Positions 50,564 to 61,046 are shown, counted from the first letter of the stretch. The stretch is 64,000 bases of DNA from an uncultured Ruficoccus sp. (GCA_965140785.1 OZ223511.1:1-64000), one strand, 5' to 3'. A program made the numbers and translations. The notes: generated by a model not told the origin, from the sequence alone.

Positions 50564-51865
50564 TCATGAGAAGTCCTTGCGGAAGCGATAAACGCTCTGA
50601 ACAAATCCTTGCAGGACACAACAGCTTAAAACAAAGGAGCCACCATAACTGATGAGCGGCAGAGGCAGGCCTGTGATCGGCATCAGGCCTATAGTCATGC
50701 CGATATTAACGAAGATGTGGACCATGAAAATAATGCTGACGCCGATCGACAGCAACATGCCAAAGCGGTCGCGTGCGATACCCGCGATGCGGATACCGTT
50801 GCCGACCAGAATGGCAAAAAGGAGGAGGACAATGACCGAGCCGATGAATCCTGATTCTTCGGCCAGGACGGAGAAAATGAAGTCGTTGGGAGCGACCGTC
50901 GGCGGCAGGTAGCCCAGTTTGGCCTGGGTGCCTTCGCCGAGGCCCTTGCCAGCCAGACCGCCGCTGGAGACGCCGATCAGAGACTGGTTGAGGTTCCAGG
51001 CCACGCCGTTACCCGCCGGGTCAACGACCTGCGGAGCGGCAAAGGCCAGGATGCGGTTGCGCTGGTAATCCTTGAGCGGGATGATCGAGTGTTCCTCGTA
51101 GGCCCCTTTGTCGTCCATGAACGACAGTCCCTCGCGTTCCATAAACTGCTGATAACGATAAACGTCCACACTGATTACCAGGGTGGCCAACAGAAAAAGC
51201 CCGAAAATAGTCAGGAAAAACTTCTCGGACAGCTTGGATACGTAAAGGAGAGCGAAGGCCATGGGTGGGAAGACCAACGAGGAGCCCAGATCCGGCTCCA
51301 GAAAAATTAGAAACACAGGGATGAAAAATGTAAAACCCACTTTTAGCAAGACCTTTATGGATTCTTTGAACGTCCCGATTTCGGAGCGAGCGAGCACACT
51401 GGCGGCCATCAGCAGGGTACTGATTTTCGCCACCTCGGCCGGTTGGAGCGAGAATGGGCCAAAGTCTAGCCAGCGGGTCGCCCCAAAGCGCGTCTGCACA
51501 AAGGGCAGCTTGAAGGCCGGGATTCTGGGCAGGACCGCATGCACCTCATAGATCAGCGCCTGGATCGAGAGCGGCAGCAGTAGCAGCACCCCCAGCCAGT
51601 AGAAGAGGTGCGCGTTTTCGAGGAAAAACTTGTAGTTGACCAGCGAGATGACGCCGTAGGCGGCGAATCCGACCACCAGCCACATGATCTGCATCTTCCA
51701 CGAGCTGCCCCCGCTGTAGCTCTGGGCCGAGTAGATGAAAAAGACCCCGATCGTACCCAGCAGCAGCATGCACACCGGTGAAATCCAGTCGCTGCGGTGC
51801 TCGTCGCTGACCCGGACGAACCGGCGCAGCGGGAGGCGCTTGAGGACTTCGGTGAGAGTGGTCAT
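50564..51865 (-). CDS. rodA: SEDS peptidoglycan polymerase, RodA-like
   Basis: GATRW, QPAEVAK, EPDLG, YQRNRI, NDFIFSVLAEE, GLPLPLISYGGS. Confidence 0.88.
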   Translation of the reverse strand: MTTLTEVLKRLPLRRFVRVSDEHRSDWISPVCMLLLGTIGVFFIYSAQSYSGGSSWKMQIMWLVVGFAAYGVISLVNYKFFLENAHLFYWLGVLLLLPLSIQALIYEVHAVLPRIPAFKLPFVQTRFGATRWLDFGPFSLQPAEVAKISTLLMAASVLARSEIGTFKESIKVLLKVGFTFFIPVFLIFLEPDLGSSLVFPPMAFALLYVSKLSEKFFLTIFGLFLLATLVISVDVYRYQQFMEREGLSFMDDKGAYEEHSIIPLKDYQRNRILAFAAPQVVDPAGNGVAWNLNQSLIGVSSGGLAGKGLGEGTQAKLGYLPPTVAPNDFIFSVLAEESGFIGSVIVLLLFAILVGNGIRIAGIARDRFGMLLSIGVSIIFMVHIFVNIGMTIGLMPITGLPLPLISYGGSFVLSCCVLQGFVQSVYRFRKDFS

Positions 51866-52121
51866 TGGTAAGTTTTTACCAGCCCGTGGGCCGCTGAAAA
51901 GCTAAAACCACACCAAATCGGCAGCGTGGGCGCGACCGGCAACAGCATTAATAGTACCCGGCGGGCTCCGCTTGTGCCAGGGTTTTTTGTTACCGGGTGG
52001 GGTGGGAGGGCGATGCTATGTCGCCCTAACGCTACCTAACTGAGCGTCCGTTCCCCGTTGACAGGGCGGGGAATTTGACCTTGAATTATCTTTTTCTTAC
52101 TTCGGGGTTAGCGCTGAGATT

Positions 52122-53651
52122 ATGTTCTCTTGGGAGGTTTTTATCGCTCTGTTTATCGGGGCACTTATCGCTATGGCGTTCGACTGGATCGTCGCCAAAC
52201 GGTGGCTGGGCGGAGTACGCGAAAAAGCGAGCGACATCATTGAGCACGCCCGCAAGGAAGCCGAGCTGAGCGCCCGCGAAATCCGCAACAACGCCCATCT
52301 GCAATTCGAAAAGGAACGCGTCGAGCGCGAAGGCGTCCTGCAGGAGCGCCGCCAGAAAATCATGCGTGAGGAGGAGGACCTGCAGGAGCGGCGCCGTGAG
52401 GTGGACCGCATGCGCCAGCGTCTCAGCCACCAGGAGGCCGAAATTGACAAAATCCGCACCGAGGCGCAGGAGGAGCTGGCCCGGTACGAGAACATGGCCG
52501 ATAATTACCAGACTCTGCTCAAGCGCATCGCCGATATTTCCAATGAGGAGGCCAAGGAACTGCTACGCGAGGAGGCCCGCTCCCAGGCAGCGGGCGAAAT
52601 CCGCCAGATCAAACATGAGATGATCCTCCGCAACGAGGAAGCCGCTCGCGAGGAAGGGCAGCGCATCCTCGTCGATGTCATGCAGCGTCTGACCAGCACG
52701 CCTTCGCACGAGCTAAGCGCCACCATCGTGGAGATCCCCAACGAGGAGATGAAGGGCCGGATCATTGGCCGGGAAGGGCGCAATATCAAATCTTTCGAGC
52801 GCGCCACCGGCGTTACCCTGATGATCGACGAGACCCCCGGCTCGATCCTGGTTTCGTCCTTTGACCCGGTGCGGCGCGAAGTCGCCCGCCTCGCCCTGGA
52901 GCACCTGATTCGCGACGGGCGCATCCACCCCGTTTCCATCGAGGAAACGGTCGAGCGGGTCGAGCACGAGATGGCCGACCACGTGATCCAGTTGGGCGAG
53001 GAAGCCCTGGTCAAGCTCCGCATGGGCGGCGTCCACCCCGAGATCGTTCGCCTCGTCGGTAAGCTCAACTACCGCCTTTCCAACAACCAGAACACACTGG
53101 AACACTCGATCGAGGTCGCCTTCCTCTGTTCGCTGCTGGCCTCCGAGTTGGGGCTCGACCCGGACATCGCCAAGCGCTGCGGCCTTTTTCACGACATTGG
53201 CAAGGCCATCGACCACGAGTACGAGGGCAGCCACGCCAGCTCGGCCTCGCGGCTGCTCCAGCGTCATGGCGAGGACGCCGTCGTTGTCAATGCAGTGGCC
53301 TGCTCCCATGGCGAGGTCGATGCGACCAGCGTTTATGCCGGACTGCTCCAGGTCGCCGATTCCATTTCAGCCACCCGCCCGGGCGTGCGGACCGATTCCA
53401 TGGACGGCTATGTCCAGCGGGTAAAAAGTTTAGAGGACATCGCCCTGTCTTTCGACGGCGTGGCCGAGGCCTACGCGGTGCAGGCAGGCCGGGAAATCCG
53501 CGTCGTCGTCTGCCCCGACCAGGTGGACGATGTGGCCGCCCGCTCGTTAGTGCGGAAGATCCGCCAGCAGATCGAGGACGATTTGCAGTATCCCGGCTCG
53601 ATCAAGATCACCCTGATCCGCGAGCAGCGATTCTCGGATACGGCCAAATAG
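52122..53651 (+). CDS. rny: Ribonuclease Y
   Basis: N-terminal transmembrane helix, coiled coil, KH domain (KGRIIGREGRNI), HD domain (HSIEVA, HDIGK), AVQAGREIRV, YPG.IK. Confidence 0.95.
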   Translation: MFSWEVFIALFIGALIAMAFDWIVAKRWLGGVREKASDIIEHARKEAELSAREIRNNAHLQFEKERVEREGVLQERRQKIMREEEDLQERRREVDRMRQRLSHQEAEIDKIRTEAQEELARYENMADNYQTLLKRIADISNEEAKELLREEARSQAAGEIRQIKHEMILRNEEAAREEGQRILVDVMQRLTSTPSHELSATIVEIPNEEMKGRIIGREGRNIKSFERATGVTLMIDETPGSILVSSFDPVRREVARLALEHLIRDGRIHPVSIEETVERVEHEMADHVIQLGEEALVKLRMGGVHPEIVRLVGKLNYRLSNNQNTLEHSIEVAFLCSLLASELGLDPDIAKRCGLFHDIGKAIDHEYEGSHASSASRLLQRHGEDAVVVNAVACSHGEVDATSVYAGLLQVADSISATRPGVRTDSMDGYVQRVKSLEDIALSFDGVAEAYAVQAGREIRVVVCPDQVDDVAARSLVRKIRQQIEDDLQYPGSIKITLIREQRFSDTAK

Positions 53652-53710
53652 AGACAAATGTGCGTCCGCGCTTTGCTTTTCTTCATAACTCGGCTACACT
53701 TGAGCCAGTT

Positions 53711-54427
53711 ATGAAAAATCTCCGCTTCTCAATCTTACTTGCTATCTCAATCTTCGCCGCTACGGCGGCTGCGCGTGCCGAGGAAAGTGTGGGTGACCTG
53801 AACGAACTCCTCGATAGCGCCAAAGGCTGGCTGCTCAACTATCAATCAAATCCTGAAAAGGCCATTCCGGCAGACGTGTTTGAGAAGGCCGAAGGGATCT
53901 TTTTCTGCAAACTGGTCGGTGGCAGCTTTATCATCGGCGCTCAGGGCGGTGAAGGCTTCGGCATGAAAAAGGTGGACGGCGAATGGACGGCCCCGGCTTT
54001 TTATAGTGTCGCTTCCGGCAGCATCGGTGCCCAGGTCGGTGGCGGTGAGACCACCGTGCTGATATTTCTCATGAACGACGAGGGGCTGAAAATCCTCAGT
54101 AGCGACGAAACCAACTGGGGCGGCACGGCCAAGGCCATTGGCGGCCCCAGCTCTGCCTCGGCTTCGGACAACTGGTCCTCGGACACGACCGCCAAGCAGA
54201 ACAGCAAGTACGGCAGCGCGGACGTCTTTTATTATGTGACGGCCTCCGGCTTGGAAGCTTCTGCCGCGTTCAAGGGTACCCAGTCCAGCTACGACCAGAA
54301 GGCCACCGACTTGTATTACGCCAAGACCGGCCTGACCCGCTCGGCAGTGTTTGGTGGTGCGGTTGATATGCCGCCCAAGGCCGAGTCCTTTATTAAGGTG
54401 CTCGCTGAAAACGCCTCGGGCAACTAG
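53711..54427 (+). CDS. Secreted SYLF/Ysc84 lipid-binding domain protein
   Basis: Signal peptide; IP..VFEKAEG, FIIGAQGGEG, WTAPAF, SIGAQVG. Confidence 0.8.
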   Translation: MKNLRFSILLAISIFAATAAARAEESVGDLNELLDSAKGWLLNYQSNPEKAIPADVFEKAEGIFFCKLVGGSFIIGAQGGEGFGMKKVDGEWTAPAFYSVASGSIGAQVGGGETTVLIFLMNDEGLKILSSDETNWGGTAKAIGGPSSASASDNWSSDTTAKQNSKYGSADVFYYVTASGLEASAAFKGTQSSYDQKATDLYYAKTGLTRSAVFGGAVDMPPKAESFIKVLAENASGN

Positions 54428-54475
54428 GCAGACCCCTAAGGGTAACGCCTTCCGCATTTAGCGCGTCTTTTTTTC

Positions 54476-54504
54476 ACCGGGGCCTTGCGAGGCCCCGGTT
54501 TTTT
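54476..54504 (+). terminator. Intrinsic terminator
   Basis: ACCGGGGCCT-TGCG-AGGCCCCGGT then TTTTT. Confidence 0.8.
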
Positions 54505-54524
54505 GTATTTGGAGAGTGCAAGTG

Positions 54525-55103
54525 ATGAAGCCACCGCCCGTCATCGAAACCGAACGTCTCGTGCTGCGTCCCTTCTGCCCCGGGGATGCGGAGGATGTGG
54601 CCCGTTATGCCGGCGCGTATGAGGTGGCCGCGACGACCTTGAATATCCCGCACCCTTACACCCTGGCCATGGCCCGGGAATGGATCGCCCGCCATGAGCC
54701 TGACTACCGCGAGGGCAAAAGCCTCTGCCTGGCGCTGACTTTGAAAGCGGGCTCCGGCGTGATCGGGGCGGTCAGCCTCGGGCGGGAGCCGGGAGGAACC
54801 TCCGCCGAGCTGGGCTACTGGCTGGGTCTTCTGTATTGGAATTGTGGATACATGACGGAGGCCGCCCATGCGCTGGCAGCGTGGGCCTTCGACCACTGGA
54901 GCCTGAGCGAGATTCACAGTCACCACCTGGCACGCAACCCGGCCTCGGGCCGGGTGATGGAAAAGATCGGGATGCGGCGGCTGGAAGCCCGGGAGGTCAC
55001 CTGGAAGGACGAACGCCGGGAGCTGGCGGTCTTTTATGTGCTGGGGAGGGATGGATTGTTCACTGACGATGACGGAAAACCTTGTCCTTCTCCTGCGTCA
55101 TGA
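54525..55103 (+). CDS. GNAT N-acetyltransferase, RimJ/RimL family
   Basis: IETERLVLRPF, IPHPY, AELGYWLG, GYMTEAA, NPASGRVMEKIGM. Confidence 0.9.
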   Translation: MKPPPVIETERLVLRPFCPGDAEDVARYAGAYEVAATTLNIPHPYTLAMAREWIARHEPDYREGKSLCLALTLKAGSGVIGAVSLGREPGGTSAELGYWLGLLYWNCGYMTEAAHALAAWAFDHWSLSEIHSHHLARNPASGRVMEKIGMRRLEAREVTWKDERRELAVFYVLGRDGLFTDDDGKPCPSPAS

Positions 55104-55120
55104 AATCGTTTGGGATTTAA

Positions 55121-55184
55121 CCACGGATGACACAGATGGCACGGATAAATAGAAGTATCCGTAGCCCATCCGTGAAAGCCGTGG
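55121..55184. repeat. CCACRGAT tandem-unit inverted repeat
   Basis: CCACGGATGACACAGATGGCACGGAT faces ATCCGTAGCCCATCCGTGAAAGCCGTGG. Confidence 0.8.
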
Positions 55185-55485
55185 CACATGGATTTTCTCC
55201 GGTTTCTTGAGTGTTGCAGGAGCAAGCCGTTTGCCCTGAAAAAGGATGAGGCGGGGCTTTGCGCCCCGCCTTCCATTTAACTCCCCTGGTTATTTTTCCC
55301 ACGTTGGAGGGAAAGGTTCATCGTTGGGCGAACAACTGCGGGAGCAGGGGAATCCACACGCCGCCGTTGGGTCATCCGTTAAACCCTGTCGCCGGGCACG
55401 GGTTGCAGGACCGGAGTTGTTTTCCGGACTTTTCTTCAGGACGGCCTGAGCATCGGCCATACGGGCCGGCGGCTTTGCCGGAGGC

Positions 55486-56190
55486 TCAGTTTGCGTCCGC
55501 CGGGGGGCAACTCGTGATCCGTTGGCGGAGCCAGCCGACCATGTCCGAAACCGTGATTTCCTCAATGGCCTCGTCGCTGGCTATGACGGGGGCCTCCGGG
55601 GTGATCTGCGGCGGCGGCGCGGCCAGGACGGTGCGCTGGCCGTCGGGGACCTGCTCGAGGCCGAGGGAGCCGTTGCCGGTCATGGTCACGCTCCAGCGGC
55701 CATCGCTCAGGCGTCGGTAAACAGCCCGGCCAAAGGTGGTCGGCGGAGCGTCGGCGGCCATGGCGTTCCACGGCTCGTCCAAGACCAGCGCCTGGTCCGG
55801 GGGCATGGAGCTGTCGAAGATCCGCCGGATGCCTACGCGGTTGCCCGCCACATAAAAGTCCACGAAGATTTCCTTCGAGGTGTCGAGCGGGGTGGGAACC
55901 TCGGCCAGCTCGCCGTCCCCGCGGCGGTAGCGGACATTGAGGTGGCCGTCCTCGACCTCGAGCTCGGTCACGACGGACTGGCTCAGGGCACGCTCATACT
56001 GGTCGCGCAGCTTGGCATAGTCGGCGGCCAGACCGGTCAGCCGGTCGCGGTAAATATCCTCCGCCATCTGCGCACGGGTGAGCTTGACCCCGGCTATGCC
56101 CGCCGCCCCGACGACGGCCAGCAGCAGCAAGAGCACGATCCACGACCGCACCTCCTGCAGGGCATTCCAAAATCCTTTGTTGTTACTCAC
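55486..56190 (-). CDS. Hypothetical single-pass membrane protein
   Basis: N-terminal transmembrane helix, short coiled coil, GC3-rich codons; no family recognised. Confidence 0.65.
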   Translation of the reverse strand: MSNNKGFWNALQEVRSWIVLLLLLAVVGAAGIAGVKLTRAQMAEDIYRDRLTGLAADYAKLRDQYERALSQSVVTELEVEDGHLNVRYRRGDGELAEVPTPLDTSKEIFVDFYVAGNRVGIRRIFDSSMPPDQALVLDEPWNAMAADAPPTTFGRAVYRRLSDGRWSVTMTGNGSLGLEQVPDGQRTVLAAPPPQITPEAPVIASDEAIEEITVSDMVGWLRQRITSCPPADAN

Positions 56191-56248
56191 GCGCGTATCT
56201 TATTCATCCATAGACCCCCTGGGGCAAGGATTGTTCAATCTCCTTTTT

Positions 56249-56332
56249 GGGGCTCCGCGCCCCCAAACCCCGCGGCAGGCACAGCCTGCACTTTCGGTCC
56301 GGCGCCCGGGCTTCGCCCAAGCCCTGGACCGA
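56249..56332. repeat. REP-like composite repeat sharing a 28-bp segment with the 21946-22152 element
   Basis: CCCGCGGCAGGCACAGCCTGCACTTTCG (56269-56296) matches the reverse complement of 22069-22096 at 26/28. Confidence 0.65.
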
Positions 56333-56448
56333 CTTTGACGTCTGTTCTGACACAGATTAGCCAAGATAACAGGTGCGGCTTACGGCTATTATAATAAAGC
56401 CGGACTCTGCCGTGGGTGTGGGCTGCATGAGCCGCAAAAAAGAATCTG

Positions 56449-59424
56449 CTACTTCAACGCCTCGAAGAGAATCTCGGCCGGGTGGCGGGCGGTGCGACCG
56501 GTGCCGTCATGAATCTGGTGGCGGCAGGAGGTGCCGGGGGCGGCCACGAGGTCGTCCGGGGCGGCGGCGCGGACGGCGGGGAAGAGCACGAGCTCGCCGA
56601 CTTTCATCGAGACCGCGTAGTGCTCCTTTTCGTAGCCGAAGGACCCGGCCATGCCGCAACAGCCCGAGGGGATGACCTCGACCGTGTAGTTGCGGGGCAA
56701 TGACAGCGCCTGGACTGTCGGCTCGACCGAGGCGAGCGCCTTCTGGAAACAGTGACCGTGCAGGTGGATGGTTTTTTTCTCGTCCGTGAAGGCGTCGGCG
56801 CTGATGCGTCCGGCTGCGATCTCGCGCTGGATGAACTCGGAAAAGAGCAGGCAGTTCTTGCCCAGGGCGCGGGCGGTGGGCTTGAGGTCGGCGGGCACGA
56901 GGTCCGGGTACTCGTCGCGGAAGCCGAGGATGGCGGATGGCTCGATGCCCACGAGTGGAGCCTCACCGGTGACGAGCGGGGCGAGCAGCTTTACATTTTC
57001 CTCGGCGATGGTGGCGGCTTTGCGGATGAGGCCCTTCGAGAGCCAGGTGCGGGCGCTCTCGCCGTGCTTGGGAATGATGACTTCGTAGCCCAGGCGCTGG
57101 AGGAGCTGGATCGCTTTCTGGCCGACGGGCACGTCGTTGTAATCGGTGAACTCGTCGCAGAACAGGTACACCTTGCGCTTGGGCGCCGGGGCTGGCGCGG
57201 CGACGTTTTTCTCCGAGGTTCCGCCGCGCTTTTTATGCCAGCGGGTGACGGTCGTCGAGTGCCGCATGGGGATGGTGCGGTCGGGGTGGAAGCCGTTGAG
57301 GTTATTTAAGAGCCGACGGATCGGCGCGGTGCCGAAGAGGAAGTTCCAGGCCCACGGGGCGACATCGACCATTTTCTGGAAGAGGGTGAAATTGGCGATC
57401 ATGCGCGAGCGCAGGGGGACGCCGTGCTCGTCGTAGTAGTGCTGGAGGAACTCGGCCTTGAGCTTGGCAATGTCCACGTTGGAGGGGCACTCGGACTTGC
57501 AGCCCTTGCACGAGAGGCACAGGTCCATGACCTCTTTGACCTCGTCGGAGTCGAAGGGTTTGAGCGCGTCGCGGGGGTGGGTGAGGGTGTGGCGCAGGAT
57601 GTTGGCGCGGGCGCGGGTGGTGTGCTTCTCCTCGCGGGTGGCCATGTAGCTGGGGCACATGGTGCCGCCGGCCAGGTGGCCCTTGCGGCAGTCGCCGGAG
57701 CCGTTGCACTGCTCGGCGGCGCGGAGGACGCCGAGCGTGTCACTAAAGTCGAAAATCGTGTCGTACTGCGGGTTCGGGGTGTCCGGGGTGACGCGCAGGC
57801 TCGTGTCCATCGGCGGGGTGTCGATGATCTTGCCGGGGTTGAAAATGTGCTGCGGGTCAAAGGTCTCCTTGATCCGGCGCATGAGGGCAAAGCACTCCTC
57901 GCCCACCATGAAGGGGATGAACTCGCCGCGCAGGCGGCCGTCGCCGTGCTCGCCACTGAGAGAGCCGTTGTACTTTTTGACCAGGGCGGCGATGTCCTCG
58001 GCCACGCCGCGGAAGGTCTTCAAGCCCTCGGGGCTCTTGAGGTTGAACATCGGGCGCGTGTGCAGTTCGCCGGACCCGGCGTGAGCGTAGTAGACGCACT
58101 CGATCTTGTACTTGTCGCGCATGAGGGCATCGAACTCGCCGATGTAGGCGGGCAGGTCGTGCACATCGACGGCGGTGTCCTCGACGATCTCGCGGGGCTT
58201 GGCGTCGCCGGGGACGTTGCTCATGAGGCCCTGTCCGGCGCGGCGCAGTTCCCAGACCTTGTGCTGGTCGGGGCCCTTGAGAATCGGATAATGGTAGCCG
58301 AGCCCGGCCTGTTTCAACTCGGCGATGAGAGTGGTTAAGTGGTTGTCCACCTCGGTCTCGTCCTCGGAGCGGATATCGACGACAAGGATCGCGCCGGGGT
58401 CGCCATCGACGAAGAAGCGGTTTTTCGATTGCTCGCGGTTGCGCTTGGTGGCCTCCAGAATGTGGCGGTCGATCAACTCCACGGCGAAGGGGCCGTGCGG
58501 GAGCGCGTGCAGCACCGCCCGCAGGGACTGGTCCACATCGACAAAGTGCGCACAGAGCAGGGCGCTGTGCTTGGGCGGGAGCGGGTTGAGGTCGATTTCA
58601 AACTCGACCCCGAAAAACAGCGTGCCCTCCGACCCGGCGATGAGCTGGCACAGGTTGAACGGCTTGTCCGAGGCCGGGTCGAAGACCCGCGCATCCATCA
58701 ACTGGTCGAGCGCGTAGCCGGTGTTGCGGCGGGGGATGGAGGACTTGGGGAAGCTATTTGTGATGAGGTCGCGGTTGGCCTTGTCTCCGAGCAGGTCGCG
58801 GCAGCAGCGGTAGATCTGCGCCTCCAGCGAATCCTCGGGACCGGCGCACTTTGCGGCAAACTCTTCTTCGGTCAACGCGCCGAACGTCACCTCCGAGCCG
58901 TCAGAGAGAAAGCCCCGGCAGGAGATCAGGTGGTCGCGGGCGGAGCCATAGACGACGGAGTTGGAGCCGCAGGAGTTGTTGCCGACCATGCCGCCGATCA
59001 TGGCGCGGTTGGCGGTCGAGGTTTCCGGCCCGTAGAGCAGGCCGTGCGGCTGGAGGTACTGGTTGAGTTCGTTGCGGACGACGCCCGGCTGCACGCGCAC
59101 CCGGCGCTTGTCAGCGTCGAGGGAGAGGATCTGGTTCAGGTACTTACCGATATCGACCACGATACCCCCGCCCACGACCTGCCCGGCGAGCGAAGTGCCC
59201 GCCGTGCGCGGGATGAGGCCGATCCGGTGCCGGGCGGCAAAGCGGATGAGCGTGGCCACGTCCTGTTCGTTCTCCGGAAAGGCCACCGCCTGCGGGAACT
59301 CCTGGTACTCGGAGGCATCGGTGGCGTAGAGCTTGCGCATGACCGTTCCGGTGTGGAGCGTGCCGGTCAGTTGCTGTTTAAGCTGTTCGAGCGCGGGGGC
59401 GGGCTTGGGTAAAACAGGTGTCAT
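56449..59424 (-). CDS. FAD-linked oxidase fused to Fe-S/CCG domains (GlcD+GlcF, YdiJ-like 2-hydroxyacid dehydrogenase)
   Basis: YATDASEY, GTSLAGQ, GSEGTL, SGEHGDGRLR, CNGSGDC, CLSCKGCKSECP, GCCGMAGSFGY. Confidence 0.9.
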   Translation of the reverse strand: MTPVLPKPAPALEQLKQQLTGTLHTGTVMRKLYATDASEYQEFPQAVAFPENEQDVATLIRFAARHRIGLIPRTAGTSLAGQVVGGGIVVDIGKYLNQILSLDADKRRVRVQPGVVRNELNQYLQPHGLLYGPETSTANRAMIGGMVGNNSCGSNSVVYGSARDHLISCRGFLSDGSEVTFGALTEEEFAAKCAGPEDSLEAQIYRCCRDLLGDKANRDLITNSFPKSSIPRRNTGYALDQLMDARVFDPASDKPFNLCQLIAGSEGTLFFGVEFEIDLNPLPPKHSALLCAHFVDVDQSLRAVLHALPHGPFAVELIDRHILEATKRNREQSKNRFFVDGDPGAILVVDIRSEDETEVDNHLTTLIAELKQAGLGYHYPILKGPDQHKVWELRRAGQGLMSNVPGDAKPREIVEDTAVDVHDLPAYIGEFDALMRDKYKIECVYYAHAGSGELHTRPMFNLKSPEGLKTFRGVAEDIAALVKKYNGSLSGEHGDGRLRGEFIPFMVGEECFALMRRIKETFDPQHIFNPGKIIDTPPMDTSLRVTPDTPNPQYDTIFDFSDTLGVLRAAEQCNGSGDCRKGHLAGGTMCPSYMATREEKHTTRARANILRHTLTHPRDALKPFDSDEVKEVMDLCLSCKGCKSECPSNVDIAKLKAEFLQHYYDEHGVPLRSRMIANFTLFQKMVDVAPWAWNFLFGTAPIRRLLNNLNGFHPDRTIPMRHSTTVTRWHKKRGGTSEKNVAAPAPAPKRKVYLFCDEFTDYNDVPVGQKAIQLLQRLGYEVIIPKHGESARTWLSKGLIRKAATIAEENVKLLAPLVTGEAPLVGIEPSAILGFRDEYPDLVPADLKPTARALGKNCLLFSEFIQREIAAGRISADAFTDEKKTIHLHGHCFQKALASVEPTVQALSLPRNYTVEVIPSGCCGMAGSFGYEKEHYAVSMKVGELVLFPAVRAAAPDDLVAAPGTSCRHQIHDGTGRTARHPAEILFEALK

Positions 59425-59663
59425 CGGGGGGGTGCCTAGTGGTCGGTAAGGTGAAACGGAAAGGATCAGAATGACGTTTTTGCCGCCGGGTGTCGAGGCT
59501 GAGGGGCATCGGCGACCGGTCATATTATGATTTTTATTTCCCACTATTGCGAAAAGAGGGCGGTGACGGGCACTCCTCACGATTGGAACTTTTTTGAACA
59601 GGTGGTGGTCGCGGCTGCAGGGGCGCAGGCAGACCCGACTGGACCGTCTCCAGTCCGAGCGCT

Positions 59664-59693
59664 AAAAAAGCCGCCCGTTTGCACGGGCGGCTT
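59664..59693 (-). terminator. Intrinsic terminator of the Ntn hydrolase gene
   Basis: AAGCCGCCCGT-TTGC-ACGGGCGGCTT with a T run on the minus strand. Confidence 0.8.
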
Positions 59694-59722
59694 GTCAGAA
59701 AGCTGGGTAGCGCGAGCGGTTA

Positions 59723-60826
59723 CTACTTCTTCGGGAAGCTCAGCTCGGGGGCTTTGAGGCCGTCCTTGAGGTCGCCCACAAAGGGGGTCTTCGCATCGAG
59801 GTCGAAGTCCTTCAGCGCGATGGCCTGGAGCTGTTGGTTGTCGTAGGTCTTGACGTAGTAAACGCGGTCGGCCATGTCGGCGATAGCGGTCCACTGCGTG
59901 TAGTCGGCCTCATCGCTTTTGGCGTCGCGGATGATGCCCTTGGGCAAGTCGAAGTTGTTCATGATGTGCTCGACCAGGCGGACGCTCTTGATGCCCTTGG
60001 GCTGCGGGACGGGGGTCATGCTGTAGGCCAGGGCGCGGATGAAGCGCGAGGGCGGGGTCGGGTCGCCGGGGATGCCGAGCCAGCCGGAGCCCGCGCCGAA
60101 GGAGTCGATTTGGTGGCCGTTGATTTTAAGAGGCGGGGCGTTCTCGTCCGTGAGCTTGGTGTAGTTCTTCAGGTTGGTCAGGTGCCAGTCGAAGGTGGGC
60201 GAGTTAGTCATGACACCGAAGGGGTTGTCATAGACTTTGAGGGTGCCGCCCGTGGGCTCGATCACGATGGAGTTGCCGTTGGTGTCATGGAGCGTGTAGT
60301 GGAAGGGGGCGACAAAGCCGAAGGCGGGAAACACGACCTCGACCACCTGGACGTCCCCATTTTCGATCGCAGCCTTAATCTCGTCCACATTGGCAAAGCT
60401 GGTCAGGCACCAGGAGAGGAATTCCCAGGGAGCGAGGCTCTTGGCCGGATCGGCGTCAGCCGGTTTGGTGTACTCGGCGTAGCCGGGGAAATAGAGGATG
60501 CCTCCGGCGAGGCCTTTTTCGTTCATCCCGTCACAGATGAGGGGCTGGTCCACGGCGTTCATGCCGACCGCGGCGTACTTGCCGGTCCACTTGAGGCCGT
60601 CCTGGCCTTTTTTCGCACCGGTGCCGGTGTAGCTGAGGCCCCGGGGGGCGACGACGGGCTGTGACTTGAGCTCCATGCCGAACTCCATCGTACGGCCATA
60701 GACATAGCTGTCGTCATTGGTTTTGACCAGGATGCTGGTGCAGGCCTGCGAGGAGGTTAGGCCGAGGGTGAGTAGAGCGGTGGTTCCCAGGAGGAGGCCG
60801 CTGAGGCGATTGTTCAGTATCTTCAT
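59723..60826 (-). CDS. Secreted choloylglycine hydrolase / penicillin V acylase family Ntn hydrolase
   Basis: Signal peptide then catalytic Cys (A-CTSI); GRTME, DGMNEKGL, MTNSP, PGD.TPPSRF. Confidence 0.9.
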   Translation of the reverse strand: MKILNNRLSGLLLGTTALLTLGLTSSQACTSILVKTNDDSYVYGRTMEFGMELKSQPVVAPRGLSYTGTGAKKGQDGLKWTGKYAAVGMNAVDQPLICDGMNEKGLAGGILYFPGYAEYTKPADADPAKSLAPWEFLSWCLTSFANVDEIKAAIENGDVQVVEVVFPAFGFVAPFHYTLHDTNGNSIVIEPTGGTLKVYDNPFGVMTNSPTFDWHLTNLKNYTKLTDENAPPLKINGHQIDSFGAGSGWLGIPGDPTPPSRFIRALAYSMTPVPQPKGIKSVRLVEHIMNNFDLPKGIIRDAKSDEADYTQWTAIADMADRVYYVKTYDNQQLQAIALKDFDLDAKTPFVGDLKDGLKAPELSFPKK

Positions 60827-60945
60827 AGATGATAAGGATGAGGAGGTTGTGAGAGAAGCTAAGCCCCTCACGTTATCCTCATTAGCCCCCGGGTCAACCC
60901 TCTAGAAATATAGTTCTGCGCCGGGATTGGGCTGATTGAACGCAC

Positions 60946-60981
60946 AAAAAAATCTCCGGCCCGCACCCGACCGGAGATTTT
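60946..60981 (-). terminator. Intrinsic terminator of xylA
   Basis: AAAATCTCCGG...CCGGAGATTTT stem with a T run on the minus strand. Confidence 0.75.
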
Positions 60982-61046
60982 GGCATCTGTTAACGCAACG
61001 GCTCGACTCGGTTTTTTCTGTTCGCTCCGTGATTTGTAGACCCGGC

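Noticed and set aside
51866..52121. 6S RNA upstream of rny
   Set aside because: Only short local hairpins; I could not see the long rod with central bubble. A covariance-model search would be needed.
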